Part shown: in pieces, positions 11,696 through 25,414 of the stretch
How the letters are laid out: each line of letters begins with the position of its first letter
Numbering within the stretch: position 1 is the stretch's first letter
Assembly: GCF_964213995.1 (NCBI RefSeq)
Contig: NC_135823.1
Coordinates: 68,076,001-68,140,000 of the forward strand
Length of the DNA: 64,000 bases
Direction of reading: 5' to 3'
Origin: Mustelus asterias
Lineage: Eukaryota
Translations under genes and position numbers: made by a program
Notes under the pieces: model-generated
The model's input: only the letters and a program-made list of their open reading frames with translations
Databases searched by the model: none
What the model was told of the DNA's origin: nothing

Positions 11696-14600
11696 AAACC
11701 TGCTTAGAGTCCTCCATGACTGCAACTGAGAATTCCTTTAGCATTTGTTCAAAATAACTATCTCCCACCACCCTTACTTGGAGGGCAGGTTCCAAGACAG
11801 TGACCAAAATGGTGTCGACGATCCCTAGCACATTTATTTGATCTTGATGTGCATAATTTCTTCAAGTACTCCCCAGCTCCCTCCCCTTCACCAATTTTCT
11901 GGTGGAAGCTCTAATGCCTAAAGCAAGGTGTGCCCAATGTTTGGAATGGACAAACAACAAATGGACACAAAAATTGGCATAATGATGATGAAAATAAACT
12001 TCAAGAACCAATCTACAGTGTAAAATTTAGCTGTTGAGGCTCTGTTCCTAGTAAGCATTTTTGTCGTTGTAAAATGGGCACACTGGATAGGTGTCCTGGG
12101 ATTCAGATATACTCACTTAGGTTCTTAAAAGATTGTAGCTGAATTGTTGAAAGTGTTGGGTTGTTTGCAAATACATTTGACTCTTGAAGAATTTGTTTTT
12201 TTCTCTTTTTACTGTTTTTGTTGAATTTCTTCATACTTTTCCATTATTCCTTTTTCTCATTACTGCCATTTTAGTATCACCAAAGATGAGGAAGGTGAGT
12301 TCTTGGTGAGACAACAATCGACGGTGTGCCAGCATCTGAGGCATTTAATTTCCATCTGTCACTATCCTAAAAACTGTTTTTAAAGACCTCTCCACAGTTA
12401 CTTGGATATGTCAGAGGGGAAATGTCTTGACAAGATAGGCTACAAATTTAAGTCTGGTGTACTTCTTGGGCTCAATGGCATCAATGGGGATTTTCACAGT
12501 AACTTCATTGCAGTGTGAATGCAAGTCTACTTGTGACTTACAAATAAATGCTTTTATCAGTTACTCCCATAAGTAGATCCCATGTCCCTGAAGTTCTGAC
12601 AGCAAACTAAGTCATGAGGCAAGGAGTGCTGTTGGCAGCATGGAGTGAGGAAAAGCTGTACAGACTATTTTTGAGAGGTTTGGAGGAGCACTCCTGCTCA
12701 GATAGTCCCAAAAAATACTTTGTCCACCTTTGAGAGACTCTGCTTGTCGGTTGATTGATGTTCCAACCAGTTAGCTGTAAAAGTGGTTTTGGGATTCTGT
12801 CTTTGTAATGAAACCCCCATTTAAATGCATTCAAGAGTTTGCTGCCCGTATAAACTTAAAGTATAAACCCTTCACTTATTGAAGTAATCAGGAAGGACAC
12901 ATGTGGAAGACACCATTATTCAGCTTTGTGTCAAGAGAGACATCATGCTCATCCCCTGACTATATTCACAGTATTTTACTGGTGTAGTATGAAGCAAGCA
13001 AAACCAACTTGGGGGATTACCAAGCACTTGGAAGATACCTGACCTGATATTGGGTTTACATGCCCATGATACAAGAGTTCCTGGCAATCAACTAAAGTGG
13101 ATGTTAGGAGCTTTTTCAAATGTAAATAAGGTGTCTAACATCTGTGTTGGGTTCCCAGGCAGATGATATTTTGGATGTCACTGGGAAAGAAAATAGTGCA
13201 GGGTGTAAACGGGGTTGCCAATTTACTGATTCTTGTTTTCAGTGTTGTCCAAAACCAATTTCACCTCGAATATGCCAAACATTCATTTATTATGGGACAT
13301 TATGCTCAAAACACCTTGATGATATATTTAGTTTTCACTCCCTTTTAATGCTAACTAAAATATAATTGTCAAACTAATGCTAAAAGAAAAGCAGTTCACT
13401 TTACCAATTTAAAAACAAGTGATTTGGATTGGATAATAAGCTGTCACTTTATCTCAGTGTACCTTCTCTACTGTGGATCGGTTGTTGACCAGTGCACTCC
13501 ATGCTCCCCTGTCTCTTTGCATAGCCCCTGATGTTACATCCATTCCATCACTTGTCTAATCATATTCATGTTTGTCTCCTTCAACAATTTTTTCCAGTTA
13601 ATGACAATGTCAACCACCTGCCAAACAATGGCCCACTGTTTGTCATTTTCCTCACTCGTAATAAAGCCTCATCGCTTCTCTTGTGCTAGTTCAAGGACCC
13701 AGTTATTATTCTTGTCCAACTCATTTTCAGCATGTCTGTAGCGCCATTAATCAAATGTCTCCAGTTTTAAGTAAGCAATCCAGCTCCTGTTTTCACATCC
13801 TCTTAAATGCTTTTATCACACATAGTTCTACTTCTTATGGCCAGCATGATTTTCTGACAGGATAGAAAATCTTTGGCAATGGCTATTTCCTGTTTAACTT
13901 CTTTACCACCTCAGCTATCCTCACCTAACAAGATCAGCAATATTACCCAGTTGCTCAATTCCCATATCATTAATCCAAGGTCAATTTTAGAGGTCCACCT
14001 ACTTCTTAATATTTTTCATGGCCATTATCACAAAAAAATGTTAAATATTCACATTTGTGGTTTACAGAAATATGAAATGTACAGTGCTGTTGCCTTCCAC
14101 TTAATATTGCCTCTAGTTTTCAACCCATTAATTCTCCCATGTGGACATGTGTAAGGTAGTAGAAATGGTACAGATCACTCTAGTTGATAGCAAAATTTGT
14201 TCCCACATTGAAGAAAAGAAGGTAGTAAAGGGCAAATTCTAATACATCTGTCAATATTAAACAAAACCATCAGTCCTGGGAGAGTTTAAGATTAGCCTAT
14301 AGTCTTCAGATGTCTGGAATTCATATATGAAATGAGAACTTTAAAGCAAAATATTGTGAAGCAAACCTCAGACTGGCTATTTATACACAGCCAATATTTC
14401 ATGCTAAAATTGATTTTGTGTTTGTAAAATGTCATTGTTGCTATCCTGGAATATCTCCTTTTGAAACTCACCCCAATGAGTAAAAATGCAGCAGAGATCA
14501 CACTGGAATTTAAATGGTAGTTTGTCACCAATTTTCAAAGTAATGCATTGATCAATATAGTTAATCAATACATTTTAGTTGAAGATTATAGACGCAGGCA

Positions 14601-15504
14601 AATATTAAGGACTGTTTACTTTTACCTTGTGTTTCTATCTTATCTTCATCCATTTGAGTCATCACACTGTGGTTATTCCACCTGAAATAGACAGAAGTAT
14701 TTACATCAAATGTTAGTGCCATGGTATTGCTGTCTGAATGAACACCACCAAGGTCATTCTTCTGGGCTTTTTGAACCTGATGGAAGCCCAAAAAATGCTG
14801 CACCCAATGAAAATGAGCCTCCTTACATTTCCAAACAGATAACTACTTTATTCTTAGGGCAGCAAGAAGGATTAGCATGGTTTAAAATATCCTGATGCTT
14901 TTGAATATCAGCCAGTAGGACCCAAAGCTGACATCCATTAGCCTGTACTATCATTTCTTTTTTGTCCTATGGTTTGGTTGTATACTCAAAAGGGTGTTCA
15001 TATGCTGAGGGAAGCTGAGACCATATGGGTACGTTCAGGTCCATTAAAGCAGCACATTTTGAGTGCACGCCATCTGATGTGCTCAGGCAGGGGTGGGAGT
15101 GAAGAAAATTAGTCCAAGTGGCTTTCAATCCGATTATCTATGTGGAGTGCTTTTGCGGAAAAAACTTTAGATGTAAAGATAAACTCACAACTGACATAGG
15201 TACCTCCTGATGACTTAATTGCAGCATTGCTTTAGAAAGAGTGTTGATGTGTATCCTCTGACTATGAGCATCATGCCAGAACAAAAGTGGATACTAAGAA
15301 TAAGATGTAAATACAGTAATGGGGCAATCCAATAGATGAAAGAGAGAAAGTCTTGTATGTTCCCATTGTACTTACAGGTTTGCAGCACTGTTCTTAACCC
15401 ATAGCAGAACCAATATCAGCATTTATGTAATGTGTTAAAATTCATGAGATTTAACCAAAAGGTTATTCTGTAAAGCAGAATATGAATGATATTAGTTTGA
15501 GTCG

Positions 15505-17225
15505 TGGTAGCACTATTACCATGAAATCTGTGGGTTGTGGGTTCAAACTGCACCAGGGATGAGAGGACACCATTTAGGCTGACACAGTGTGGTGCTGAGG
15601 GAGTGCTGTACAGTTTAAGAAAGTCACAAATAACGTACGCATCTGTGGGTATTCCATTACAAAGAACAAAGAGTTGGAGATACTGTCCTTCATAAGATAT
15701 GAGACTTCGTGGCACTATTCTGAAAAAAAATAATTGAGTTTACCTTGGTGTCCTGGCCGATATCTGTTTAACCTCAGCTGACTTCCTTAAAGTGGATTAT
15801 CTAGACATGATCACATTGCCACTTGTGGGATCTTACTATGTGCAAATTGGCTGCCACTTTTTCTACATGAAAACGGTGACTAGACTTCATACAACACTCC
15901 AGTGTGAGAATAGATGTAATTTTTGGGACAATGTATTGTGTTATTCTGTAAAGAAGGCTGTGTTTGTGTGTGTGCAAATTATTTAATTAAGCTGGAAAAA
16001 TACTATTGGAGATCATTTGTCTGGAAGAGTTGAAGAAAAGGAGTAGAAGTGATAAATGCATCAATTTGCAATTAAACTATGGTCAAGTGGTTTTATACAC
16101 TAAATGGCTAGGTTTAGAAATTTGAATTAAGAGATATATTAGGGATTTGTTGTTTTCAACTTAAATTTCAAAGGGAAGTAAAAGGCAGCTTGCAAAGGTT
16201 TCATAAGTAAACAAGGGAATGATGTTCATTTTTTGACCTGAAAGTGGGAGCCATGGGAAACCATAAAATATTTTTATATTTTTGAAAAGTTGAGTTCCAA
16301 GAAGCGCTGAGGACAATGAAATTGTAGATGAAAGGGAAAAGGGATATTTAAGGGTGTGTGTTGAGTTGATTAGGTACTGGTTATGTGAGAAAGATCTGCT
16401 AGAAACAGCTCTGAGCTGGGAGAAGATGTGAATTTTGAATAAGCCATCTAGTTAAGCCTTAAAAGTCTTGGGTTGTGCAATGCAGTCTTGTATCTGAAGG
16501 TTTCCTGGATTTCCAGAGCAGAATGGAAGGTAGTTTGAGAGGTTGCTTTTTTAAAACAACAGCAGCTATGCCTTGTGTGCGTGGGTTTCCTCCAGGTGCT
16601 TCGGTTTCCTCCCATAATCCAAAGATGTGCATATTAGGTAGATTGGCTACACTAAATTACCCCTTAGTTTGTCCGTGTGTGAGTGTGGCTGTGCCCCTCA
16701 AGCTATAAGCCCCTGGTAATAGACTAGTGATCTGTTCCAGGAATAATTAGCTATAGAAACAAACAAAAGTCTGACCTATGTATCGTCAGGCTGTGGAAAT
16801 GATGAGAGGGAGAGCCTTATCTTGGGTAATTTAACTATATTTTTCTAGTTGAACATCTATAAGGGAATGTTGCCTGGAAAGTATTTACTTGTGGGTCTAA
16901 CCAAGCAGGAAACTTTCGTAGGGAATGTTTTGTAAGACTAATTTTATCTGTGTAACTGTAATCATGTGTGCTTAAGTTTTCTTTCCTTCGTGTTTATTAA
17001 CCTGTTAATTTCAATTTTTAAAGTCCCAAAAGTGTTGCTGGACTTCTTGCTGCTGAGATTAGGATGTTTTCTTCTTATTTTCTGAACAAAAAACGGTATG
17101 GCCCGTAAGTCAAGTTTCACTCTGGGATTTGGTTTGCTCAGAAATTAACATCTGCTGTGGTCATAGTAAATGGCTTTGAAGTGTTTTGGGATGCCCTGTG
17201 CCCTCAAAAACACTATATAAGTGGA
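15505..17225 (+). mobile_element. Deu-domain SINE interrupted by a probable solo LTR (15903-17168)
   Basis: SINE runs 15505-15902 (ggttgtgggttcaa...gtgcaaattggctgcc...gactagacttca) and resumes at about 17169 (tggctttgaagtgttttggg...ctatataa); the insert starts TGTGAG and ends ggtcatagta; a V-SINE core fragment lies inside it at about 16575-16665. Confidence 0.55.
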
Positions 17226-19871
17226 CGTCAGTGAACACATAGACAATTAATAGGTTACATCAGATATCATGCATGATTTTAATTTGTGTTCTGTTGCAAC
17301 ATCCAAATGCCAAGAGTTCCTTTTACACACATTGCAAAATTTTTGTAATTGTCATTTTTCACATACAATGGCTTAAGAATCAAATGATGTGAGTTCATCA
17401 GCACCAACATTTTACTGCAAGTAAATCTGTCATAACCTCCTCCAGTCACTGTTTACGTATCAAGGATTAATTTACCACTTTTCAGTTCTTTTAGAGAAAT
17501 AGGGTCATTATGACCTGAGCGCTAAATATACACAAATTAATCTGTAAACGAAAGTTGCCTCCTACGGTAGCTGTTGCCCTATAATTAATGTGGCTGAGGT
17601 CTTGCCGAAAGCTAATATTCTGCCCTCTGCAGTTAGTTAAGGTAGGGACACCGCTGAGGTGATGGGGAGATGCTGGGTCAAAAACTGCTTGGATGCAACA
17701 CAATTATTATTATCACTGTTGAAGACTGAGGAGGAGAGGGTTGTGATGGATGGGAATATGGACACCCGTGTAGTTTGCATGGAGAAACTGGGAAGAAGTC
17801 ACGCAGACAAGCAAGTACACTTATGTAATTGGAGCTAGTGAATAGCTTAATGTTGATGTAGAAGCTATTTTATATTCCCCTGTGGTGCTAAACAAGTAAC
17901 ATGATTACTTGCTGGCACAAACAGTGGGGAAGTAGTGAAGAGGCCTCATGGTCTTACTTTTTCAAGACTGATCTGCCCTCTTCCACAGAATCTTTTCTGC
18001 ATTTTAGAGGACAAATACCTTTCTTCCATTTTAAAAAAGTAAGCCTTAAACTTAAGGCTGCATGGTGCTGGGATTATATTCATTTGGAATTTTGAAAAAA
18101 AAGGGGGATACCTTGAGCCCGTGCTCACCCCAAGACCGGAAAATCCCGCGCGAGGTTATCGGACCTTCGCATGGTTTGTGTCCTGCCCACTATGAATCCC
18201 GTGGCGGGCGCAATGGGAAAATTACACCTCTTGTCTTTCGCCGAAGCAGCAACAGTTGGTTTTGATAGAGTTTCTAAACTTTTTAAATTGATTCCTCTTT
18301 AAAACATACGTTCAGACTATAACCTCAGCATAACAGGTTGGGAGATTTACACCCAAAAATTCCCAGATAGTTTTACAATTTCGGACTTGGGGTTGGAAGG
18401 AAACATTAAGCATCATTGAGTTTCTCAAAGTGAGGAATTAAATCTGCAGCCGAGATTACTCTTCCACATCTCCGATCGGGTGTTTTTTCCATGCCTTCAG
18501 CTCTAGAAAGTGTGTTTTCATGTTTCCCAGAGTGGAAAATCAAAAAGGAGCAGAGAAGAATAAAAAGGTTGCTAATTTAAAAAAATAATAATTTCAGCAC
18601 TCTTAAGGCATCACTCTACTTTATAAAAAAGCTCTGCAGTGTTTATCCAGAGAAAAATCATTCAAGAGAAGATTCAAGAAGGTTAAAGCTACATTGTGAT
18701 CACAAACACCTGGTGGGCAGATAAACAAAATTGCTTTCATCCTTTCAGAGATAGATCCTTTATGCCTAAATAAACCAACGGTGTGTTTTCAGCTCGGGCT
18801 AAAGTTGTCAAGACACCGACATTCACAGCAGACTCCAAGCATGTAATAATTGAATACAATCTCAAATTGATCTACATTTCACCTTTTGGATGTCAGAATC
18901 AACAAAATATGTTTTTAAAAAATGCTGATTGATGGACTTTACACAGATACAGCACAATTTTTAAAAACCTTTCAAAGGTTTCAACCTGGTGAAATTATAA
19001 AGCAGGCTGCTATAACTGTGAATATATTATACTCATCACAGATGTTCAGCTAAGTCAGTCTTAAGTCTCAAACTAATGGGTTCTTCGGAAATATTTTTAT
19101 TTGACCTAAAATTTATAGATTTTAAAAGGTCCATGGAGATAGCGATCAAGGAAGAATGCTGAACATAGCTAGACTCCAAAGGTTGAACTGCTGAGCTCCT
19201 GTATTTTAGTTTTGGTTTTCAATTGTGGACTGCATGAAAGAATTCTTATGGCTACACCAAAATGCCCCAGAAGGTTAAGTATGAGAATTGTTCCCACCTC
19301 GCTAGATTTCTATTCACAGTCTAAATCTTGCAACTTTATCTGTGACAAGAAAGAATCGTGTTTGGATGCTGTGGATGGTGTTTGAGGTCAAAAATGGGGT
19401 GGGGCAAATATGGGTAAGTAGTGCAGGACACTATATTAGTGAGGGCATTCAGTACATACATGTTTCAGCATGTTCACTGCAAGGTCAGCAGTTCAGGATG
19501 TCAGTCCTTATACAACTGATTTGATGTCCACTGTCATTTTGGACCTCAATATTCCAGCTAACACAATCTCTTAATCTTGCACATCTGAACATGAATTCAT
19601 TGTCAGAAAGCACCCCTCCAGCACTATTTAAGGGATCTTCAAGTACTCTATGACTCTAAGTATGTATCTACCTAGGTGAATATAAAGTCCTGGTCCTTAA
19701 CAAACCACTCATTGTGTTATGACGAGAGAAAATCCCAAGGCCTGAGGGCAAAGCAATATTAAAAAGAAAAAGGGAGACATTCAAGATTGCAAAAAGTACA
19801 GAGGAATTAAACTCTTAACACAACTTCAAGATGCAGCAAAAGTCACGGGCCAGAAACTCAGAAAAATAGTG

Positions 19872-20180
19872 AAAACATAAAAGCATAAGAACTGGGAGCA
19901 GGAGTAGGCAATTCAGCCCCTTGAGCCTGCTCCACCATTCAGTGCAATCATGGCTGACCTTGTCTTAGCCTCAACTCCACTTTCCCGCCCGTTCTCCATA
20001 ACCCTTCAACCCATTACTAATTAAAAATCTGTATATCTCCTCCTTAAATTTACTCAATGTCCCGGCATCCACCACACTCTGGGGTCGTGAATTCCAGATT
20101 TTCAACTCTTTGAGAGAAAGAATTTCTCCTCATCTCTGTTTTAAATCTGTCATTTCTTATCCTAAAACTATGACCTCTCA
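19872..20180 (-). mobile_element. CR1 LINE 3' fragment
   Basis: cataagaactgggagcaggagtaggc...atcatggctga is the reverse complement of the CR1 3' UTR and tail. Confidence 0.8.
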
Positions 20181-20199
20181 TGAGCTCAACTCAGGTTTA

Positions 20200-20955
20200 T
20201 GCCTGGAAGAAGCACCATCAATCCCATTTCTGGTTTGTGACAAGTGATGGAGAAGCATTGGGAATGCAACATGAAGAACTATATTCAATCGAGCTGGAGA
20301 GGGCTTATGACCAATTGTCTAGGGAGGAAGTCTGGAGATGTGCTAGAATTCATGGAGCCCCTGAGAAGTACACAGGGTGTGCAGGAGGACTGTCAGACAA
20401 GAGTAAGAAACAATGTGGAGGAGAGTGAAAGTGTCGAAGCCTAAGTTGGATTGGCACTGAGCCCCTTCCTCTTCTTGATTGCCATGGAAGTTCTAACTGA
20501 GCAAGTGAGACAGGAAATAGCATGATCAATAATGTTTGCAGAAGGCATTTAGGTGGAGAGGCTGAAAACATGACCAGGTATCTGGAGAAAATTGCTGGAA
20601 GGCAAGGGTTTGAAGATCAGTAAACTAAAAGCCCAATTTTTGGACTGTCAGTTTGAGCCTAGGGAAGATAATTAGAGTGGAAAGATTATTGCCAGGATTT
20701 TCTGGCCGCACTCGCCCTAAAACTGGAAAATCCTGCCCGAGGTCAATAGACCTTTGCTATGAAGTCAATGGACGCTCCGATTCCCATGGTGGGTGGGATG
20801 GGAAAATTCCTCCCATGGTAAAGACTTGGAGAAAGTGAGTAGTTTCAAGTAACTGGGATCAGTAGCGGCAAGAAGATGGAAGAATAGAAATGGAAATTAA
20901 GCAACTCATTAGCTCTGGTTGGATAATTGGAAGAAATAACATGGAGTATAGTGTT
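20200..20955 (+). mobile_element. Degenerate RTE-clade LINE RT fragment, interrupted by a MITE at 20690-20815
   Basis: GFMPGRST, ELERAYDQLSREEVWRCARIHGAPEKY and GKDLEKVSSFK*LGS resemble RTE RT segments. Confidence 0.6.
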
Positions 20956-20959
20956 TTGA

Positions 20960-21761
20960 GACCAAAAAAGAAAATGCTGGAAAATCCAGCAGCATCTATA
21001 AGGAGAGAAAAGAGCTAATGTTTCAAGTCCAGATGTCCCTTTGTCAAAGATAAAAGGCACGGAAAGTGGGAGATATTTATACAGTAGGATGAGGGAATGA
21101 AAGATGAACCAGAGCCAAGGGGAAAGGTTAAGAGGTGCTAATGGCCGTCCATCGAGAGAATAGAAGATGTGAATGGCTAAACAGCAGAGAAGCTGAAATC
21201 AGAAGGTAAACTGTGACAGATGAAGATGTGGGGGGAGGGGGGGAGATGGGTAGGAGAGAGGTAAAATAGAAAAAGGGGGGAAAGGGAAGCAAAGCGGGAA
21301 AAATGGGAGGAAAGAGCGGGGGAGGAAATAAAACTAAAGAAAGACAATAAAGAAATAAAAGGTAGAGAACAGTTAAAAATTAAATAAAATGAAAACAAAG
21401 GGGTCGAGGTGGGGTAGAGCTAATCATCTGAAGTTATTGAATTCGATGTTGAGACCGGAAAGCTGTAACGTGCCTAGCTGGAAGATGAGATGCTGTTCCT
21501 CCAGTTTGCGTTGAGCTTCACTGGAACATTGCATTTTGGTAAGCACTCATTACAGGTTAAGCAGCGTTTTACTTGCACCTCTTTCAATTTGGTCTATTGC
21601 ATTCATTGCTCTATGTCGGAGAGACCAAACGTAGACTGGGTGATCGCTTTGTTGAGCACTTTCAGTCTGTACGCAATCAGGATTGACCTTCCCGTTGATT
21701 GCCATTTTAACACACGATCCTGCTCCCATGCCCACATGTCTGTCGTTGGCCTGCTGCAATG
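20960..21761 (-). mobile_element. Penelope-like element: pLTR plus GIY-YIG C-terminus (- strand, 20960-21533) with an inverted GIY-YIG segment (+ strand, 21541-21761)
   Basis: - strand QCSSEAQRKLEEQHLIFQLGTLQLSGLNIEFNNFR*; + strand QVKQRFTCTSFNLVYCIHCS/YVGETKRRLGDRFVEH.../DLPVDCHFN...GLLQ. Confidence 0.85.
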
Positions 21762-21774
21762 GATGGGTACATGG

Positions 21775-21870
21775 GACTGAAACATGGCTAATGGAAGGGC
21801 AGGACTGGTGGCTCAATGTTCCACAGTACAGATGCTATAGGAAAGATAGGACAGGAGGTAAGAGAGGAGG
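21775..21870 (+). mobile_element. CR1 endonuclease fragment
   Basis: TETWLMEGQDWWLNVPQYRCYRKDRTGGKRGG parallels the ORF2 at 60218-60315. Confidence 0.75.
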
Positions 21871-22075
21871 GTTTTTTTTAATTCATCTATGGGACATGGA
21901 CGTCGCTGGCTGGCCAGCATTTATTGCCCATCCCTAGTTGCCCGAGGGCAGTTGAGAGTCAACCACATTACAGTGGCTCTGAAATCACATGTAGGCCAGA
22001 CCGTGTGAGGACGGCAGATTTCCTTCCCTAAAAGAACTTAGTGAACCAGATGGGTTTTTCCAACAATCGACAATG
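21871..22075 (-). mobile_element. 3' half of a tRNA-derived SINE with L2-like tail
   Basis: ggccagcatttattgcccatccctagttgccc...gatttccttccctaaa; matches 57267-57618 in reverse. Confidence 0.75.
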
Positions 22076-22449
22076 CCAAGACAATAAAAGAGAAAATAGA
22101 AAGGAAAAACTACTTATCAGTCACCAGCCAATCACTTACCTGCTGGCCATGATGGCACGGTTCGATTTCTTTCAACTCTCACTTGCCCTCGAGTCTCCCT
22201 CGCAGGTCCACCTCTCCACTCCTGAAGATGAGCACTTCTTTCCCCTCAGCACCGAATTCCCACTCGGCTCTAAATTCCTGATACCCTCACTCTGTCTGAA
22301 ACTCATTCAGGCTGCAGTCTCTCTCTCAGTGGCTTGCGCAAGCTCACTGGTAATGAGTATTTCAGTATTATTCTGATGTCTTTCTGATTTATGCTAGTTG
22401 TTGGTCCTCAATTTGCAGCTGCCTTTTCTGCTTTGTTCTCTGGTCTTTT

Positions 22450-22680
22450 TCATTCATAATGTATCGCCCCCACCTCTCTGCTTTCATCCTCTAGTGAATG
22501 TACATTTCCCACATCTTTTGTTAACCTGTCTCTCGCAGCTGCTATCCTGAAGATATATTTTTGTCCCTCTTTTGAATTGAGACTTTCGTACATTTCTTCG
22601 ATGGCCAGGGATCTTTCTCTAGCAAGCATTCCTTTATGCTTTTTTATACTGTTTATCTTTTTTGAGTTGACTGTTTCCAC
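22450..22680 (-). mobile_element. RTE-clade LINE fragment (region between EN and RT)
   Basis: EEMYESLNSKEGQKYIFRIAAARDRLTKDVGNV resembles the RTE linker as I recall it (YERLDTKEGEKDLYRLARQRDR). Confidence 0.6.
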
Positions 22681-23534
22681 GTCACTGTTCTCACATGATT
22701 ATAAATCTGATTAATATTTTGGAACATATGTCTTGCATTTATTTGTGCCTTTTACAACCTCAAGTTATCCCAAAGAGCTTTACCATCAATGAAGTGCTTT
22801 TGAAGTGCAGTTGCACTATAGTATGTGCAGAGCAGGAACTGTGGCAGTTTGCCCAAGATAACAATCCAAATGTTTTTAATGTTCCACCTGTTATCCTTCA
22901 TTTTCAGTTATATGGTTAAACAGCGTTATGATAAAATATTTGAATGGTGGTTTGTAAATATCCATTTTTATTGTAGGCTGCAGTGCATCTATTCCTTACC
23001 TCAGAGACATTCCTTGAATGCAAATTAGTTGATTTGTTTTTTCACAGTGGTTTATTGTGTAATCAAATACAAGTACTTGAAAAAGTCTCACTGGCTGACG
23101 GTATTTTAATTAAGCATCAAGTAAATCTTTCTTGTTCCAAAAAGAGTGAAGCATCATTTTAATTACGGCAATAACATGTCAAAACAGTTCGAATTATATT
23201 AAGTGTTTGAAAACAAATGCAAAGAGGTTCCCCTAGCATTTTGCCTTGAAAACACCAGCCATTTATTGCAGTCTTTTGCATTGTCCAAGTGCAGCTTTCA
23301 CTTAAACAACATTGGTGTTCATTGCTATCTGGGAATCAAATGCCCAGAAATATCTGTGACAGAAATTTGATTGTCTTAGGTTATGTAGCTATTGATGTTC
23401 TGCTATTTTATTCAATTCCATAGCAGACAACTTGGCTGTAAATTGTTCACTCTTTATCAGTCGGCAAATTAGTGAGCCTTTCCTGGAGTCAGGAAACATG
23501 AATAAATGGGCAGCAGTTACATTAGAACGACCTT

Positions 23535-23750
23535 AAACATTCACTTACTGCACCAGTGTGTACCACGCCAAATGCACTGCAACTTGCTAAACAACCTTCG
23601 ACAGTGCCTTCCAACCCATAACCTCTATTACCTAGAACAACAAAGGCAGCAAGGGCATAGGAACACCACCTACAAGTTCCACTCCTGGTCGCACACAATC
23701 CTAACTTGGAAATACATCGCAGTTCCTTAGCTGTTGCAGGGTCAAAATCA
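23535..23750 (+). mobile_element. L2/CR1-type LINE fragment
   Basis: aaatgcactgcaac...cttcgacagtgccttccaa matches the reverse complement of 46500-46640. Confidence 0.55.
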
Positions 23751-25414
23751 AAAAAGACAACCTCGGTGTTTCTGGCCTGGATCATATCTGCTCCTACTTC
23801 CCCACACCCCGTCTTTGCATCATATTTCTGACCTGATCTTCTGAGCCTAGCTTCTTCAGAAATGTGGAGTTTGCAGTCCCACGAAAGAGGTGGGGGTGGG
23901 GGTAGAAGACAAGGTATGCTCCCTTTTTATGGGACTAGCTGCTATAAGGGAAGTTTAATTGTCCAGCGTGAATATTAGTGAATATATGAATGAATGAATG
24001 AATTAATGGGTAAGGTAAGTGGATGTCGGTAAGGTGGTAGCTTGGTGGGGTGGCAGTGTATATTCAACCTGTGGTAATATAGAGTGGGGCGGATATCTGT
24101 CTGATTCCGCAGACAGCTGAACATAGGTTAAATGTCTCTTCACTGGGACAGGAATAGAAGGAGAATTGGCATTGGCCTGGTGCAACTTTCCAAACGATCC
24201 AGAAGATTAGAAAAGTATTTTACCAGAGTAAAGTGACTTGGTGCCGAGCACCTCCGGATTGAATCTTGAACTTTTTATTTTTTATTTTTACTTCAGCTAA
24301 AAATACTGGCATTGTCCTCTGAGGATTTAAATAAAGCATGCATAACATGATCATTATGAAAGGTAATTGGTGAGTGCAATCAAGGAAAGATGATAGAGAA
24401 GCATAGAGCTAAATGAAACAGGCTGCCAGCTTAAAGTTCCTGCCTGTCAGAATGATAATTGTGTACTTTCTGCACACAGTGCACAACATTTCAGGAGACT
24501 GGAGCATATGTTTGCGGGCATATCTTCAGCTTTTAATTTAACCCATTCCTCCCCTACTCCAGGTGGATGTGTTCCTGGAGGTTTAATCATCTGACCTCCT
24601 GTCTCCAACCACCCCATCGCGCACACTCTCGCCAGTGATCTCCTGATACAGTCAGATGCCCTGACTTCCCATGTCAATTGGAAAACAAATAGACTGTTAC
24701 CTGATTGGATGATTTTTGACTGTCAAACAAACTTTTTAATCCATCACCAGTGTTTTATAGCTAACTAATGTTCAAAGTCACCTTCTCAACTTTCATAATT
24801 AATTACAGATCATTTTGAAATTCATTCTGTAATACGTATAGCTTTTAACATAAAACAGAAGTCTATTTTTTATTAGTGGTGAATGAGGGGCTGCGTCAAA
24901 AGTAACAGAAACACCATCAAATGGGCAAATTTAAAGGATGTTGGAATGCATTTGAATGTGTTTGCTGTTACATGACTTGTATTTAACTATTTCATGAGAA
25001 CATGGGAATAGATCGAGGCCTTTTACCCCTACAGCCTCTTTCGTCATTCAATGGATCATGGCTGATATGTGACCTAATTCCATATACTCATCTTTTCCTT
25101 ATATCTCTTACTAACTTTCAGTCTCAGCTTTAAAATTTACAATTTATCTGGCATCAATTGCTGTTTGCAGAAGAGAGTTTAAAACTTATATGACACTTCG
25201 TGTGTTGAAGTGTTTCCTGATTTCATTCCTAAAAAGACTGGCTCTAATTTCTGGCTCTAGGTGGGGAGCGGTAGTCGGGTTGGTTGGGATTAATGTGGTT
25301 GACAGGGTAGTCAGGTCAGTTTGGGAGTTATTCATTGCATTGATCGAGGTGGCAGTTCTGGAGTTACCCAGGAGTAAGACTAGGATTTTTCTGTGTAACT
25401 ATTCAGATAAATAA

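Noticed and set aside
21010-21055. Active hammerhead in this pLTR (also 11655-11695 and 40370-40405)
   Set aside because: Core boxes are mutated (for example UUGACAA for CUGAUGA).
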